A stretch of 64,000 nt of DNA, taken from positions 64,001 through 128,000 of the forward strand of contig JBPCLP010000021.1 of assembly GCA_051003195.1 (NCBI GenBank). The letters are read 5' to 3'. The stretch is from Candidatus Sumerlaeaceae bacterium (lineage in GTDB: Bacteria; Sumerlaeota; Sumerlaeia; Sumerlaeales; Sumerlaeaceae). The notes beneath the pieces are model-generated. The model had not been told where the DNA came from. It saw nothing but the letters and a program-made list of their open reading frames with translations, and did not search any database. A program made the position numbers and the translations under genes. Positions 1 to 10,111 of this stretch are shown here, one piece after another (within the stretch, counting starts at the first letter, position 1; each line of letters opens with the position of its first letter).

Positions 1-105
1 TTCCCAGTAACGCAAAACGTAGGGCTTGATCTGCGTAATCGAAGATACTTCGTTAATCCGGTAGAACAGCTTCTCCGGAATCTCTACATGTTCCATTGCA
101 CTCAC
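1..105 (-). CDS. MerR-family HTH regulator, N-terminal part (runs off the left edge)
   Basis: Manual translation from GTG 105 / ATG 96: MEHVEIPEKLFYRINEVSSITQIKPYVLRYWE, a MerR HTH pattern (Y-x-I-x-E-V...LRYWE). AGGAG lies at 116-120 on the minus strand. Not in the ORF track. Confidence 0.85.
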   Translation of the reverse strand, partial: MSAMEHVEIPEKLFYRINEVSSITQIKPYVLRYWE

Positions 106-184
106 GGGCGGGGAACTCCTCTCAACATTAACGGGAACGGTTTAACAGCGGGAATAGTAGGAGATCAGCAGCTGATGGGCCGAG

Positions 185-490
185 ATATCCACAACAGTTA
201 TTCAGAGGCATTACCTTTTTTCAAGTACGTGCAATATTTACCTCCCGCGGCAGGCGAAATTGTCTGCAGCCTCTGACAGATGTGAGGTTATGCAGGTTCC
301 GGACCTGATTTATATAGGGTTTACTCCAGTACTACTTTAAGGTAATCTTGTCAAAGTCAACAGCATAAGCTATTTTGGATCGTAAAATGTTCATAAAAGA
401 TGTTCTTGTGAAAACTGTCCACCTCTTGCGAACCGCTGTTATCCACAAGCAGATTTCCACATATCATCCACAAGTCTACTGTCATCCCAT
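185..490. promoter_or_regulatory. Cluster of DnaA boxes with an AT-rich tract; candidate replication origin (oriC)
   Basis: Perfect TTATCCACA at 439-447. One-mismatch boxes: ATTTCCACA 453-461, TCATCCACA 464-472, ATATCCACA 185-193, TTATTCAGA 198-206 and reverse TGTGAAAAC 407-415. AT-rich stretch at about 308-415 in a GC-rich genome. Confidence 0.7.
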
Positions 491-529
491 CTCTTTTTCA
501 GCTGTATTGAACCTGTTGATGTTGCGGTC

Positions 530-1228
530 ATGATCGTTCTCGCAATCGAGTGTTCGACGGCATCTGGTGGCGTCGCAATTGTCGAAAATGGCACGGTCAG
601 AGGCTCGGTTAATTTCTCGACGAGCACTCTTTATTCGCAGCGGCTTTTGCCCTCCCTTGAGTGGCTGATGGCCCGCTGCGGAGTGGCGGCAGGCGAGATC
701 AACGGGCTGGGTATTTCAACGGGTCCTGGATCCTTTACGGGTCTTCGCATAGGGTTGAGCGCCGTAAAGGGCCTGGCTTATGCCTGGCATGTGCCAGTAG
801 CCGGGGTAGGCACGATGGAGGCGCTGGCGCTCAGGGCCGCAACGCCACGCCAGGGTGAAAGTGTGCGGGTATGTACATTGTTGGACGCGCGGCAGGGTGA
901 GTTGTTTGCGGGACTTTTCGAGGTTAGCTGCCCTGGCCGTGGCACCTATGCCGTTCAACGCTTGCGTGCCGAACATCTACCGGACGTGGCGCACGTGGCA
1001 GAATGGATCGACCAGCGAACCATTTTTGCGGGCGACGCTGTACTGAAACATTCCACCTCGCTGGATTTAGCATTGGGCGAGCGGGTGGTCTTAGCCTCTC
1101 CACTTCGAATGCTGCCTTCCGCTGAGGAAGTGGGCTGGCTTGCATGGCAGGAGCTCGCCAGCGGTGACTCAGACGACCTGATGCTGCTGGAGCCGGAGTA
1201 TTTGCGCCGGAGCTACATGCAGCGTTAA
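530..1228 (+). CDS. tsaB: tRNA threonylcarbamoyladenosine biosynthesis protein TsaB
   Basis: N-terminal LAIECST, GPGSFTGLRIG, DARQGELF and C-terminal LEPEYLR motifs. Confidence 0.93.
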   Translation: MIVLAIECSTASGGVAIVENGTVRGSVNFSTSTLYSQRLLPSLEWLMARCGVAAGEINGLGISTGPGSFTGLRIGLSAVKGLAYAWHVPVAGVGTMEALALRAATPRQGESVRVCTLLDARQGELFAGLFEVSCPGRGTYAVQRLRAEHLPDVAHVAEWIDQRTIFAGDAVLKHSTSLDLALGERVVLASPLRMLPSAEEVGWLAWQELASGDSDDLMLLEPEYLRRSYMQR

Positions 1229-1229
1229 A

Positions 1230-2552
1230 TCACACTTTTTCCGCGAGCACTGTTTCGGGGCGACCGATGGAGTGGTACTCGATGCCACACTTGCGCATCT
1301 TCTCGGGCGAGTAAATGTTCCGGCCATCGAAAATGATGGGCTGGCGCATGTTTGCGCGTAGCTTGTCCAGGTTAAGCTGCTTGAATTCGTTCCAGTCGGT
1401 AACCACCACAATCGCATCGCAGCCATCGGCCACGTCGTAGGCACTTTTGCAGAAGCTGATCGGACCGCTCAGAACAGCTTCCAGGCTTTCCGGGGTGACG
1501 ATCGGGTCAAAGACTCTGATGCGAGCACCTTTGGAAATCAAATCCTCTATGATCTCGAGGCTCTTGGCCTCCCTCAGGTCATCGGTGTTCGGTTTGAAAG
1601 CCAGGCCAAGGATGCCGATGACCTTGCTGTTGAGGTCACCCATGCGCTCTTCGATGCGCCGGAGGAACCGAGGCACCCGGTCTTTATTAATGTCGACTAC
1701 TGCGTCGAAGATGGCCGTGTCTTCACCAAACTTACCGGCCACATGCCGCAGGGAAAGCGTATCTTTTGGAAAGCAGGAGCCGCCAAACCCAAGTCCTGCC
1801 TGGAGAAACTGCTTACCAATACGGGAGTCATAACCCATGCCCTTGGCCACCAGCGTCACATCCGCCCCTGCCTTTTCGCAAATATTCGCGATGGCATTTA
1901 TGAACGAAATCTTATTGGCCAGGAAAGCGTTTGAGGCGTACTTAATCATTTCCGCGCTCTCGACGTCGGTGATGAGCATGGGCACTTCCAGCTGCGCATA
2001 AAGTTCCAGCAGGCGAAGCGCCACATTCTGGTCCGGTGCACCGATGACAATGCGCTCGGGGTTCATCGCATCGTAAATCGCGGAACCTTCTTTAAGAAAC
2101 TCCGGATTGGACACGACGTCGAAATCGACGTTTCGACGGCGATTGTCCTCTATGACGCGGCGGACAAAATCGCCAGTGCCGACCGGAACCGTACTCTTGT
2201 TTACGATAACCTTATAGGCATCCATGTTTTGCGCGATTTCTTTGGCGACGGCCTCGATGAAGCGCAGGTCGGTTTCTCCATCGTCCTTCGGAGGGGTTCC
2301 CACGGCGATGAAGAGGACGCCGGAGCGGCGAACGCCTTCGCCAAGGTCGGTGGTGAAGGTGAGGCGTTTTTCCTCAACGTTGCGTTTCACCATCTCCTCA
2401 AGACCGGGTTCGTAAATCGGCATGATGCCATCGTTGAGCCGGGCAACCTTCGTCTCGTCCTTGTCCACGCAGATTACATCATTGCCCAGATCGGCAAAAA
2501 CGACTCCTGTTACCAGCCCTACATAGCCCGTCCCGACGACGCATACGTTCAT
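1230..2552 (-). CDS. ugd: UDP-glucose/GDP-mannose dehydrogenase family (UDP-glucose 6-dehydrogenase)
   Basis: GTGYVG Rossmann motif, NKSTVPVG, SNPEFLKEG, catalytic GFGGSCFPKD, AFKPNTDDLRE. Confidence 0.93.
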   Translation of the reverse strand: MNVCVVGTGYVGLVTGVVFADLGNDVICVDKDETKVARLNDGIMPIYEPGLEEMVKRNVEEKRLTFTTDLGEGVRRSGVLFIAVGTPPKDDGETDLRFIEAVAKEIAQNMDAYKVIVNKSTVPVGTGDFVRRVIEDNRRRNVDFDVVSNPEFLKEGSAIYDAMNPERIVIGAPDQNVALRLLELYAQLEVPMLITDVESAEMIKYASNAFLANKISFINAIANICEKAGADVTLVAKGMGYDSRIGKQFLQAGLGFGGSCFPKDTLSLRHVAGKFGEDTAIFDAVVDINKDRVPRFLRRIEERMGDLNSKVIGILGLAFKPNTDDLREAKSLEIIEDLISKGARIRVFDPIVTPESLEAVLSGPISFCKSAYDVADGCDAIVVVTDWNEFKQLNLDKLRANMRQPIIFDGRNIYSPEKMRKCGIEYHSIGRPETVLAEKV

Positions 2553-2736
2553 TTAACTACCCTTTGTCCAAAGATGCACAGGTTAAGCGCTGGGTTGCGA
2601 TTGGCCAGATGCACTGAGCAATACAGCGGAAGCCGAAATCTAATGAAAAGAATGTTTCGAGCCGGAACTGACCCCGGCAAGCAGGCCCGCGGTTTGTTAT
2701 TGCCCCGGCAATTTCCTGCTGTCGGCAATTGAAGTC

Positions 2737-3459
2737 ATGAGAGTTGATGGCCGAGCGCCCGACGAGAAGCGGGCACTGAAGATGACCCCCCATTTTGCTT
2801 CCTATGCGGAAGGCAGCGTACTGGTTGAAGTCGGTGACACGCGTGTGCTATGTACCGCGACGGTCGACAACAAGGTGCCTCCGCACTTGCGCGACATGGC
2901 GCAAGGCTGGGTAACCGCAGAATACGCCATGCTGCCACGCTCTTCAAAGCAGCGTATCCCACGTGAAGTGAACAAGGGGCACGTAGGTGGCCGAACGTAC
3001 GAAATACAGAGGCTGATTGGCCGTTGCATGCGGACAGTCACGGATATGCGCCGACTCGGAGAGCGCACGATCACCATCGACTGCGACGTCATACAGGCCG
3101 ACGGCGGCACTCGAACCGCGGCAATTACGGGCGGCTTCGTCGCTCTTGCCCTGGCAGTGCGCGGATTAAAGGAAACCGGCAAAGTTGGCGCCGGCGTGCT
3201 GACGGATTTTGTCGCCGCTACCAGCGTGGGTGTGGTGGAAGGTCGGCCAGTACTGGACCTGAACTATATCGAAGATTCCGCTGCTGACGTGGACATGAAC
3301 CTGATCATGACCGGTGCCGGTAATTTCGTGGAGCTTCAGGGCACAGCGGAGCGAGCGGCCTTTGATGAGACGGCGCTGGCTGAGATGATCCGGCTCGGGC
3401 GCAAGGGCATCCAGGAATTGATTGCCGCACAACAGACGATACTCGGGACCGAGCTGTAG
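2737..3459 (+). CDS. rph: Ribonuclease PH
   Basis: [54 protein letters not shown]. Confidence 0.97.
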   Translation: MRVDGRAPDEKRALKMTPHFASYAEGSVLVEVGDTRVLCTATVDNKVPPHLRDMAQGWVTAEYAMLPRSSKQRIPREVNKGHVGGRTYEIQRLIGRCMRTVTDMRRLGERTITIDCDVIQADGGTRTAAITGGFVALALAVRGLKETGKVGAGVLTDFVAATSVGVVEGRPVLDLNYIEDSAADVDMNLIMTGAGNFVELQGTAERAAFDETALAEMIRLGRKGIQELIAAQQTILGTEL

Positions 3460-3526
3460 CAATTACGGTAAATGCGCGCCACTCCACTGTAAGCAGTTCC
3501 GGCGCGGATCGCATCCGGGATGTCAG

Positions 3527-4477
3527 TTATCCTTCCATTGCCAGACCGGCGGCTCCGATGATGCCCGCATAATTGCCGAGTTTCGCCTTTACGATTTGCG
3601 CGCGTTTAGCCGGTTGGTTAAATGCATTAATGAGGGCGCGCTTTTTGAGCGGCTCGAAAATATAATCGCCTGCATTTGCGAGCGCGCCGCCATAGACAAT
3701 CATGTCCGGATTGAGCATGTTAATGATGGTGGCAGCGGCGACGCCCAATGCGTCGCCGACCCGGCCAAAAAAGTCGATTGCGAACGCGTCTCCCGCTACC
3801 GCGGCATCGTAGACAACCTTGGCGCCAAAATCGTCCTCGGCGCCTTCCGGGATGTGGATGCTTGTTTTCGTGCCGGCGGCGAGGGCCTCTTTCACCTCAC
3901 GGCGGATCGCGGTGGCGCTGGCATATGCCTCAAGGCAGCCATGTGAACCGCAGCCGCATTCAGGCCCATTAAAATTAATGCACATGTGGCCGAGTTCGCC
4001 GGCGGTGTCGTCGGGCCCGACATAAAGTTTGCCGTTCATAATGATGCCGCCACCGACCCCTGTGCCGAGCGTGAACAGGATCATGCATTCCATGTCGATA
4101 CCGGCTCCCGCGCCTGCCCAGTACTCGCCGTAAGCGGCAGCGTTGGCGTCGTTGTTGAGAACAACAGGCAGGTGCAGGCGATCTTCCAGCATTGTGCGAG
4201 CGGGGGTGTTGAACCAGCCGGGCAGGTTTGGAGTTTCGAACACAATTCCCTGGCGGCTGCTCATCGGCCCGGGAACACCAACGCCGATCGCCTTAACCTT
4301 GTGCCCGGCAAGCAGGTTGCGCGCATGGGTGGCCATGCCATCGATGACACCTTCGGGTCCGAGTTCCGCACGGGTGGGATTCTTCGAGGAACGAATGACG
4401 CGCCCTTGCGCATCCACGATGCCGAACTTGCAATCCGTTCCACCGAGATCAATTCCGAGAACCAGGTCCAAACTCAC
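3527..4477 (-). CDS. ROK-family sugar kinase (glucokinase-like)
   Basis: GIDLGGT, NDANAAAYGE, TLGTGVGGG, GELGH, Zn motif CGCGSHGCLE; no N-terminal HTH. Confidence 0.9.
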   Translation of the reverse strand: MSLDLVLGIDLGGTDCKFGIVDAQGRVIRSSKNPTRAELGPEGVIDGMATHARNLLAGHKVKAIGVGVPGPMSSRQGIVFETPNLPGWFNTPARTMLEDRLHLPVVLNNDANAAAYGEYWAGAGAGIDMECMILFTLGTGVGGGIIMNGKLYVGPDDTAGELGHMCINFNGPECGCGSHGCLEAYASATAIRREVKEALAAGTKTSIHIPEGAEDDFGAKVVYDAAVAGDAFAIDFFGRVGDALGVAAATIINMLNPDMIVYGGALANAGDYIFEPLKKRALINAFNQPAKRAQIVKAKLGNYAGIIGAAGLAMEG

Positions 4478-4568
4478 AGCGCACCTTCAATCGCGTAATT
4501 TGCGCCAGGTTTGGCGCCATGCACATTCCAGGCTAATTTCCTGCCGGTACAATGGTAGCAACTGCGCA

Positions 4569-5996
4569 ATGACAATTGAAATTAAGAAGGGCAGCATCGT
4601 CGAGGCCGAGGTGGACGCAGTGGCATTCGGCGGCAAGGGGATCGCGCGCGTCGGCGGCATGGTGTTGTTTATCGAGGGGGGTCTTCCCGGCGATAAACTG
4701 CGCGCCCGCGTAACCAGGCGCAAACCGCAGTATGGAGAAGCAGAGCTGGTCGAGCTGATGGAGCCTTCGCCCGCCAGGCGGCAGTGGCCATGCCCGGTGT
4801 TTGGAGCATGCGGTGGGTGCAAGTGGCAGCACTACGAATATGCGCAGCAGATAATCGCGAAGCAGCAACACGTGGCCGATTCGCTGAAGCACATCGGAAA
4901 GCAGCACGCATATGAAATGCGCCCGATCCTGGCCTCCCCCAATGAATGGTTCTACCGCAACAAGATGGAGTTCAGTTTCGGACACGATGACGACGATAAT
5001 CGTATTATCATCGGGTTTCATCGCGCGGGAGATTTCCGGCGGATTGTCCGGGCGGGCGAAGCGTGCCAGATTCAACCACCGGGCATGAATGAGCCAATGG
5101 CGTGGATGGAACAGCGCCTAAATGAAGAAGCCGCCCGTGAAGGGGACCATTTCTGTAATTACAATCAAAGCCGACACATCGGCTTTTTACGGCACCTGGT
5201 TGTGCGCCACAGTTACACGACCGGGCACTTCCTGATCGCGATTCTTACAGCCAGCGGAGCGTGGGCAGGTGCGGAACAATTTGCGACCGATTTCATGCAC
5301 CACTTCCCCATGTGCCGCGGCTTCCAGTGGGGCACGACCGACGCCCTGAGCGACGTTGCACGAATGGAGAAGCAGCGCCTTCAACGGGGTGAGGATTCGA
5401 TTGAGGAGCGGCTCGGCGACAAAGTGTTTCGGGTGTCGACCTTCTCATTTTTCCAGACGAACACGCCCGGCGCAAAAATCCTGTACGACGTGGTTAGAGA
5501 ATTCGCGGAACTCACCGGCCGCGAGACGGTGCTGGATGCGTATTGTGGAACGGGGACGATCGGAATCTATGTAAGCGACAGGGCCGCCAATGTCGTGGGG
5601 ATCGAGCTGGTGAAAGAGGCAGTGTGGGACGCGCGCTATAACGCGAAACAGAATGGCGCAGCAAATTGCACCTTCCTTGCGGGAGAAATGCGCGATGTGC
5701 TGCCTACGCTGCCTTCCACCCTTGGAACGCGCTTTGACCGCGTTATTGTCGATCCTCCGCGCGGTGGTATGGACAAGAAAAGCCTTCGATTGCTGATCGA
5801 GATTGGGGCGCCGGTGCTGGTCTATGTTTCATGTAACCCGAGCACGCTCGCACGCGACTCGGTAACCTTGGCCGAATCAGGCTACGTTGCGGAGGTAGTA
5901 CAACCCGTCGACATGTTCCCGCATACCTACCACGTGGAAAGCGTCATCCGCTTCCGCAAGCGTGAGCCGCAGGCCACAGCAGTCGCAACCAACTGA
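4569..5996 (+). CDS. rlmD: 23S rRNA (uracil-1939-C5)-methyltransferase RlmD/TrmA family
   Basis: TRAM domain, Fe-S motif CPVFGACGGC, FFQTN, LDAYCGTG, VDPPRGG, YVSCNP, DMFPHTYHVE. Start moved to ATG 4569 because the ORF-track extension overlaps the divergent ROK gene. Confidence 0.92.
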   Translation: MTIEIKKGSIVEAEVDAVAFGGKGIARVGGMVLFIEGGLPGDKLRARVTRRKPQYGEAELVELMEPSPARRQWPCPVFGACGGCKWQHYEYAQQIIAKQQHVADSLKHIGKQHAYEMRPILASPNEWFYRNKMEFSFGHDDDDNRIIIGFHRAGDFRRIVRAGEACQIQPPGMNEPMAWMEQRLNEEAAREGDHFCNYNQSRHIGFLRHLVVRHSYTTGHFLIAILTASGAWAGAEQFATDFMHHFPMCRGFQWGTTDALSDVARMEKQRLQRGEDSIEERLGDKVFRVSTFSFFQTNTPGAKILYDVVREFAELTGRETVLDAYCGTGTIGIYVSDRAANVVGIELVKEAVWDARYNAKQNGAANCTFLAGEMRDVLPTLPSTLGTRFDRVIVDPPRGGMDKKSLRLLIEIGAPVLVYVSCNPSTLARDSVTLAESGYVAEVVQPVDMFPHTYHVESVIRFRKREPQATAVATN

Positions 5997-6037
5997 AAGC
6001 AGATGAGTTGAACGAACCTCCACCCAGTGGGGCATCT

Positions 6038-6835
6038 ATGCCCGCGAACCGCATCCGGCTGATTGTAGCCGATATCGACGGCTGCCTGTCCCGGGGCAGC
6101 GGAAGCCCGTTTGACATACAATTGCTCAGCCGTTTAGCCGGGGCAAATGTGGCGTCGCGCAGCGATTCGAATATCCCGGCAATCACCTTCTGCACAGGTC
6201 GGCCGCAACCTTACGTCGAGTGCCTGCTCCAGGCAACGCGTGGATATACGCCGGCGTTATGCGAGGGCGGCACGCTCTTCTTTGATCCGGTCGCGCACCT
6301 GATCGCAACCCATCCCAATTTCACTGGGCGGGAGGAGAAGCTGCTGTCGGAGCTGCGCGCAATGGTGGACCGCGAACTTCTGCGGCCAAACGTGAAACAC
6401 GAGCCGGGAAAGATCACACATATTACGCTCATCATCCAGCCGCCGGACACGCCACGTGGCCTGCTGCCGATCGCGCAGAAGATCGCCGCGCAGTTTGATG
6501 GCGAGTTCGTCGTCGAGATGACCCGCATGTGCATTCACTTCCTGTTCCGGCACATACATAAGGGTGTCGGTATTGACTGGCTGTCCGAGCACACCGGGAT
6601 CCCGCATGGCGAAATGGCCGGTATTGGCGACTCCCGGCCCGACCTGCCGTTTCTCACCAAAGTTGGCCTGCCATTCGCCCCTGCGAACGCGCACGCGGAC
6701 GTGAAAGCGGCCTGCAAAATCATTAGCGAGCACCAGGATTCTGAAGCTGCCCTCGAGCTCCTGGATTATGTGATTGAACATAACCGCGCATTGGCTCTTG
6801 TGCCGGATGCAATGGCCGCAGAGGCAAAGCTGTGA
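6038..6835 (+). CDS. HAD-superfamily IIB hydrolase (phosphatase)
   Basis: DIDGCL motif I, CTGR motif II, HKG, GDSRPD motif IV, APANA. Confidence 0.85.
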   Translation: MPANRIRLIVADIDGCLSRGSGSPFDIQLLSRLAGANVASRSDSNIPAITFCTGRPQPYVECLLQATRGYTPALCEGGTLFFDPVAHLIATHPNFTGREEKLLSELRAMVDRELLRPNVKHEPGKITHITLIIQPPDTPRGLLPIAQKIAAQFDGEFVVEMTRMCIHFLFRHIHKGVGIDWLSEHTGIPHGEMAGIGDSRPDLPFLTKVGLPFAPANAHADVKAACKIISEHQDSEAALELLDYVIEHNRALALVPDAMAAEAKL

Positions 6836-7698
6836 GCATTCACAAAAATGTGAGCGGGCGCACCCGTGTGGTCGGAGTGATCGGCTGGCCGGTGGAGCAC
6901 TCGCTGAGCCCGCCGATGCACAATGGCGAATTTGAGCGTCTGGGGCTGGACTACCTGTACGCGCCCTTTGCGGTTGCGCCGGAAAACCTGGAGCAAGCCG
7001 TACGCGGGCTGGTGGCGCTGGGCGCCGCCGGGTTTAACATTACAATTCCGCACAAGCAGAAGATCATGCCGCTTCTGGATGAGGTTTCGCCTGAAGCGGT
7101 GGTAGTCGGCGCCGTCAATACGGTCAGAATTGAGAACGGCCGCACGACCGGCAGTAACACGGATGTGCCTGGCTGGTCCGAAGACATTCAGCAGGACATT
7201 TTGCTGCAAGGCAGCTCGGTATGTGTTCTGGGCGCAGGCGGTGCCGGGCGGGCAATTTGCGTAGCGGCAGCGTTGGCGGGTGCAAAGTCCGTGTTTATCC
7301 AGAACCGTACCATCGAGAGCGCCGAGGCGCTTGCGAGTGTGCTGCGAGAGCAATTCGCCGACGTGTGCTTCTCGTTCGGCTGCGATGATGAGACCGCGTG
7401 CAGGGATCAATTTGGCCGCTGCGACATTGTCGTAAATACGACACCGGTCGGAATGGCGGCAATCCCGGGTAGCCCGGTGCCGGCGGACTGGCTGAACGAA
7501 AGCCAGTATGTTTATGACACGATTTATACGCCCGCGGAAACCGAACTGCTGCGCGCCGCGAAAGTAAAGGGGTGCCCCACCCGCAATGGTCTGGGAATGC
7601 TTGCCCGTCAGGGCGCGCTTGCTTTTGAACTGTGGAGCGGGGCAAAGCCGGACCTGACTCGAATGGAGTCGACACTTCGCAAAGCACTAAATGCATGA
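6832..7698 (+). CDS. aroE: Shikimate dehydrogenase
   Basis: HSLSPPMHN, NITIPHK, GAVNT, NTD, GAGGA, NTTPVGM, GLGMLARQG; GTGA overlap with the HAD gene. Confidence 0.95.
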   Translation: MSIHKNVSGRTRVVGVIGWPVEHSLSPPMHNGEFERLGLDYLYAPFAVAPENLEQAVRGLVALGAAGFNITIPHKQKIMPLLDEVSPEAVVVGAVNTVRIENGRTTGSNTDVPGWSEDIQQDILLQGSSVCVLGAGGAGRAICVAAALAGAKSVFIQNRTIESAEALASVLREQFADVCFSFGCDDETACRDQFGRCDIVVNTTPVGMAAIPGSPVPADWLNESQYVYDTIYTPAETELLRAAKVKGCPTRNGLGMLARQGALAFELWSGAKPDLTRMESTLRKALNA

Positions 7699-7762
7699 CA
7701 GGAGGATGGAGTGACTCTCGGTTTTCCCGGTCTCCTCCTGGTCAAAATAAGTAACTAAACTC

Positions 7763-8818
7763 ATGTTCGTAGACTACGCAAAAATACACCTGCAGGCCGG
7801 CGACGGCGGAGACGGTTGCGTCTCTTTCCGAAGGGAGAAGTACGTTCCGCGCGGAGGACCGGATGGCGGCGATGGCGGCCGCGGGGGCCACATCTACCTG
7901 GTCGTCGATCCGCACATGACCACCCTGCTGGACATCAAGATGAAACCGAACTACATTGCGAAGCGCGGGCAGCATGGTGGCGGCAACCAGTGTACCGGGC
8001 GCGATGCCGAGGACGTGTACATCAAGGTGCCCCTTGGTACGTCGGTGACGACAGAGGAGGGCGAGATGGTCGCGGATCTCACCACGCCGGGGGCTGAATT
8101 CCTGGCGGCCAAAGCTGGTCGCGGTGGACGCGGCAACCAGCACTTTGCATCTCCGACGAACAAAGCCCCGCGGAAGTGGGAATATGGCGGCGACGGCGAA
8201 AAGAAGATCCTGGTCCTGGAGCTTAAGGTCATCGCAGACGTCGGGCTGGTGGGTTTGCCGAACGCCGGTAAATCGACATTACTTGCGGCTTTGACCGCTG
8301 CGACGCCGAAGATCGGAGCGTACCCTTTCACCACGGTATCTCCCAACCTGGGTGTGATGCAGCTGGACGACGAAGCGCGATGCGTGCTCGCAGATATTCC
8401 GGGACTGATCGAAGGCGCGCACCAGGGTGCGGGGCTCGGTCACCGGTTCCTGCGCCATGTCGAACGGACGCGGTTGCTGGTGCATCTCATCGCGCCGCCG
8501 GATGAAGCGCCGTTTGATGATCCGGTGCACTTCCTCTATGCGTTCGATCTCGTGAACGCGGAACTCAACGCCTACAGCGAGAACCTTCGCTCGAAGCCGC
8601 AGATTGTCTGCATCACGAAACATGACATTATTGGGGACGCGGCAGATGGTATTGTTTTAGGGTTTCGGGAGCGCGGCATTGAAGCGTTGGCGATTTCCGC
8701 GCATGATCAATACGGGCTGGACGCGTTGAAGCAGCGGATTCAACAGCAGCTTGCCGCGCTAAATCTGTCGTCTGGCGACGAGACTGAGGGGGACGACGGG
8801 GGCATTTCGGTAGAGTAG
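7763..8818 (+). CDS. obgE: GTPase ObgE/CgtA
   Basis: Gly-rich Obg domain (FRREKYVPRGGPDGGDGG), GLPNAGKS, YPFTT, DIPG, TKHD. Confidence 0.97.
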   Translation: MFVDYAKIHLQAGDGGDGCVSFRREKYVPRGGPDGGDGGRGGHIYLVVDPHMTTLLDIKMKPNYIAKRGQHGGGNQCTGRDAEDVYIKVPLGTSVTTEEGEMVADLTTPGAEFLAAKAGRGGRGNQHFASPTNKAPRKWEYGGDGEKKILVLELKVIADVGLVGLPNAGKSTLLAALTAATPKIGAYPFTTVSPNLGVMQLDDEARCVLADIPGLIEGAHQGAGLGHRFLRHVERTRLLVHLIAPPDEAPFDDPVHFLYAFDLVNAELNAYSENLRSKPQIVCITKHDIIGDAADGIVLGFRERGIEALAISAHDQYGLDALKQRIQQQLAALNLSSGDETEGDDGGISVE

Positions 8819-8828
8819 AAGCCGGGCG

Positions 8829-9938
8829 CTAGTGATAGATGCCGCCCATTTCTTTCGCCCGTACGCCGCTCATGATGCCTTCCGCCATCAGGCGGAATTC
8901 GTCCGGGCTGGTGGCATACGCGAGTGCATCCTCCATGCGGATCTTCTTTGTCCGGTAGAGATTCAGTAGCGCCTGGTTAAAGGTGATCATGCCCACGTGG
9001 CTTCCGGCTTCCATGTGCTGCGGCAGCTCCAGCGTTTTTCCTTCGTGAAGGAGCTTTTTAATGATTGGCGTCGAGACCATGATCTCCACGGCCGGGATAC
9101 GACCGCGGCCGGTGGCGACCGGGAGCAGACGCTGGCAGATGACGCCTTGAAGACCCAGTGACAGCTCCATGCGAATCTGCGGATGCAGGTAGGCCGGGAA
9201 GTAGTTGATGATGCGCTCCACGGTTTGCACCGCGTCCATCGTGTGAAGTGTACTTAGCACGAGGTGGCCGGTCTCGGCGGCAGCAATTGCGGTAGAGATG
9301 GTTTCGAGGTCGCGCATTTCACCAATCAGAATAACGTCGGGGCTTTGACGCAGTACGTGCTTAAGAGCGTCGCCGAAGCTTTTGGTGTCGAAACCAATTT
9401 CGCGCTGGCTGATGATGGCAGCCTCATCCTGGTGAAGAAACTCGATGGGATCCTCGATGGTCACAATGTGACAGCGCCGGATGTTGTTGATGTGATTGAT
9501 CATGGCGGCGAGCGTGGTCGACTTGCCGCTACCGGTTGTGCCGGTGACCAGCACAAGCCCGCGTCGCCTTTCGGCCAGTTCGCGTACGACAGAAGGCAGA
9601 TTCAACTCCTCGAAGCCGAAGTTTGGATTGAGGATGGAGCGGAATACAAGACCGCTGGAGCCGCGCTGTCGCATGACGTTAACACGAAAACGCCCGACAC
9701 CGCGAACCCCTACAGCCAGGTCCATCTCGGGTACACGTCGGAAGTCTTCAGCCTGTTCCTCGCTCATGAGTTGCAGCGCGATGGAGTGCGTATCATCCAT
9801 CGTTAACTCCGGATAGTCGAGCATCACGATCTCGCCATCGATGCGCAAACACGGCCGCTGTCCCGCCTTGAGGAAAAGGTCGGACGCGCCGCGCTCCACC
9901 TGTTCCTGAAGAAGGTCATCGAGTCTCTGGCGTTCCAT
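8829..9938 (-). CDS. PilT/PilU-family pilus retraction ATPase
   Basis: ASDLFL, GRFRVN, GTTGSGKSTT, TIEDPIE, LRQSPDVILIGEMRD, TGHLVLSTLHT. The PilT AIRNLIRE box is replaced by IIKKLLHE. Confidence 0.92.
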   Translation of the reverse strand: MERQRLDDLLQEQVERGASDLFLKAGQRPCLRIDGEIVMLDYPELTMDDTHSIALQLMSEEQAEDFRRVPEMDLAVGVRGVGRFRVNVMRQRGSSGLVFRSILNPNFGFEELNLPSVVRELAERRRGLVLVTGTTGSGKSTTLAAMINHINNIRRCHIVTIEDPIEFLHQDEAAIISQREIGFDTKSFGDALKHVLRQSPDVILIGEMRDLETISTAIAAAETGHLVLSTLHTMDAVQTVERIINYFPAYLHPQIRMELSLGLQGVICQRLLPVATGRGRIPAVEIMVSTPIIKKLLHEGKTLELPQHMEAGSHVGMITFNQALLNLYRTKKIRMEDALAYATSPDEFRLMAEGIMSGVRAKEMGGIYH

Positions 9939-10111
9939 ATTGGGCAAATCCCTTCGATGCCCGGTTTATTGGGCGTAAGTCTTTGAGCTTCCGAGAAGCA
10001 GTCGCTGTAAATTAGCGGCATTTGTAAAGAGGAAAGCAACAGCGGGCGGCGGGAACTCTATAGCGCTGGAGAACCCGGAGAGGCGGTTGCCGCAACTGGC
10101 ACGATTCGGCG

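Noticed and set aside
4143..4568. 142-codon N-terminal extension of rlmD in the ORF track
   Set aside because: It overlaps the divergent ROK gene; the TRAM domain starts at ATG 4569.
7696..7744. CAGGAGGA/TCCTCCTG inverted repeat between aroE and obgE
   Set aside because: The stem is short with a long loop and no U-tract, which is not enough to call a terminator or regulatory RNA.
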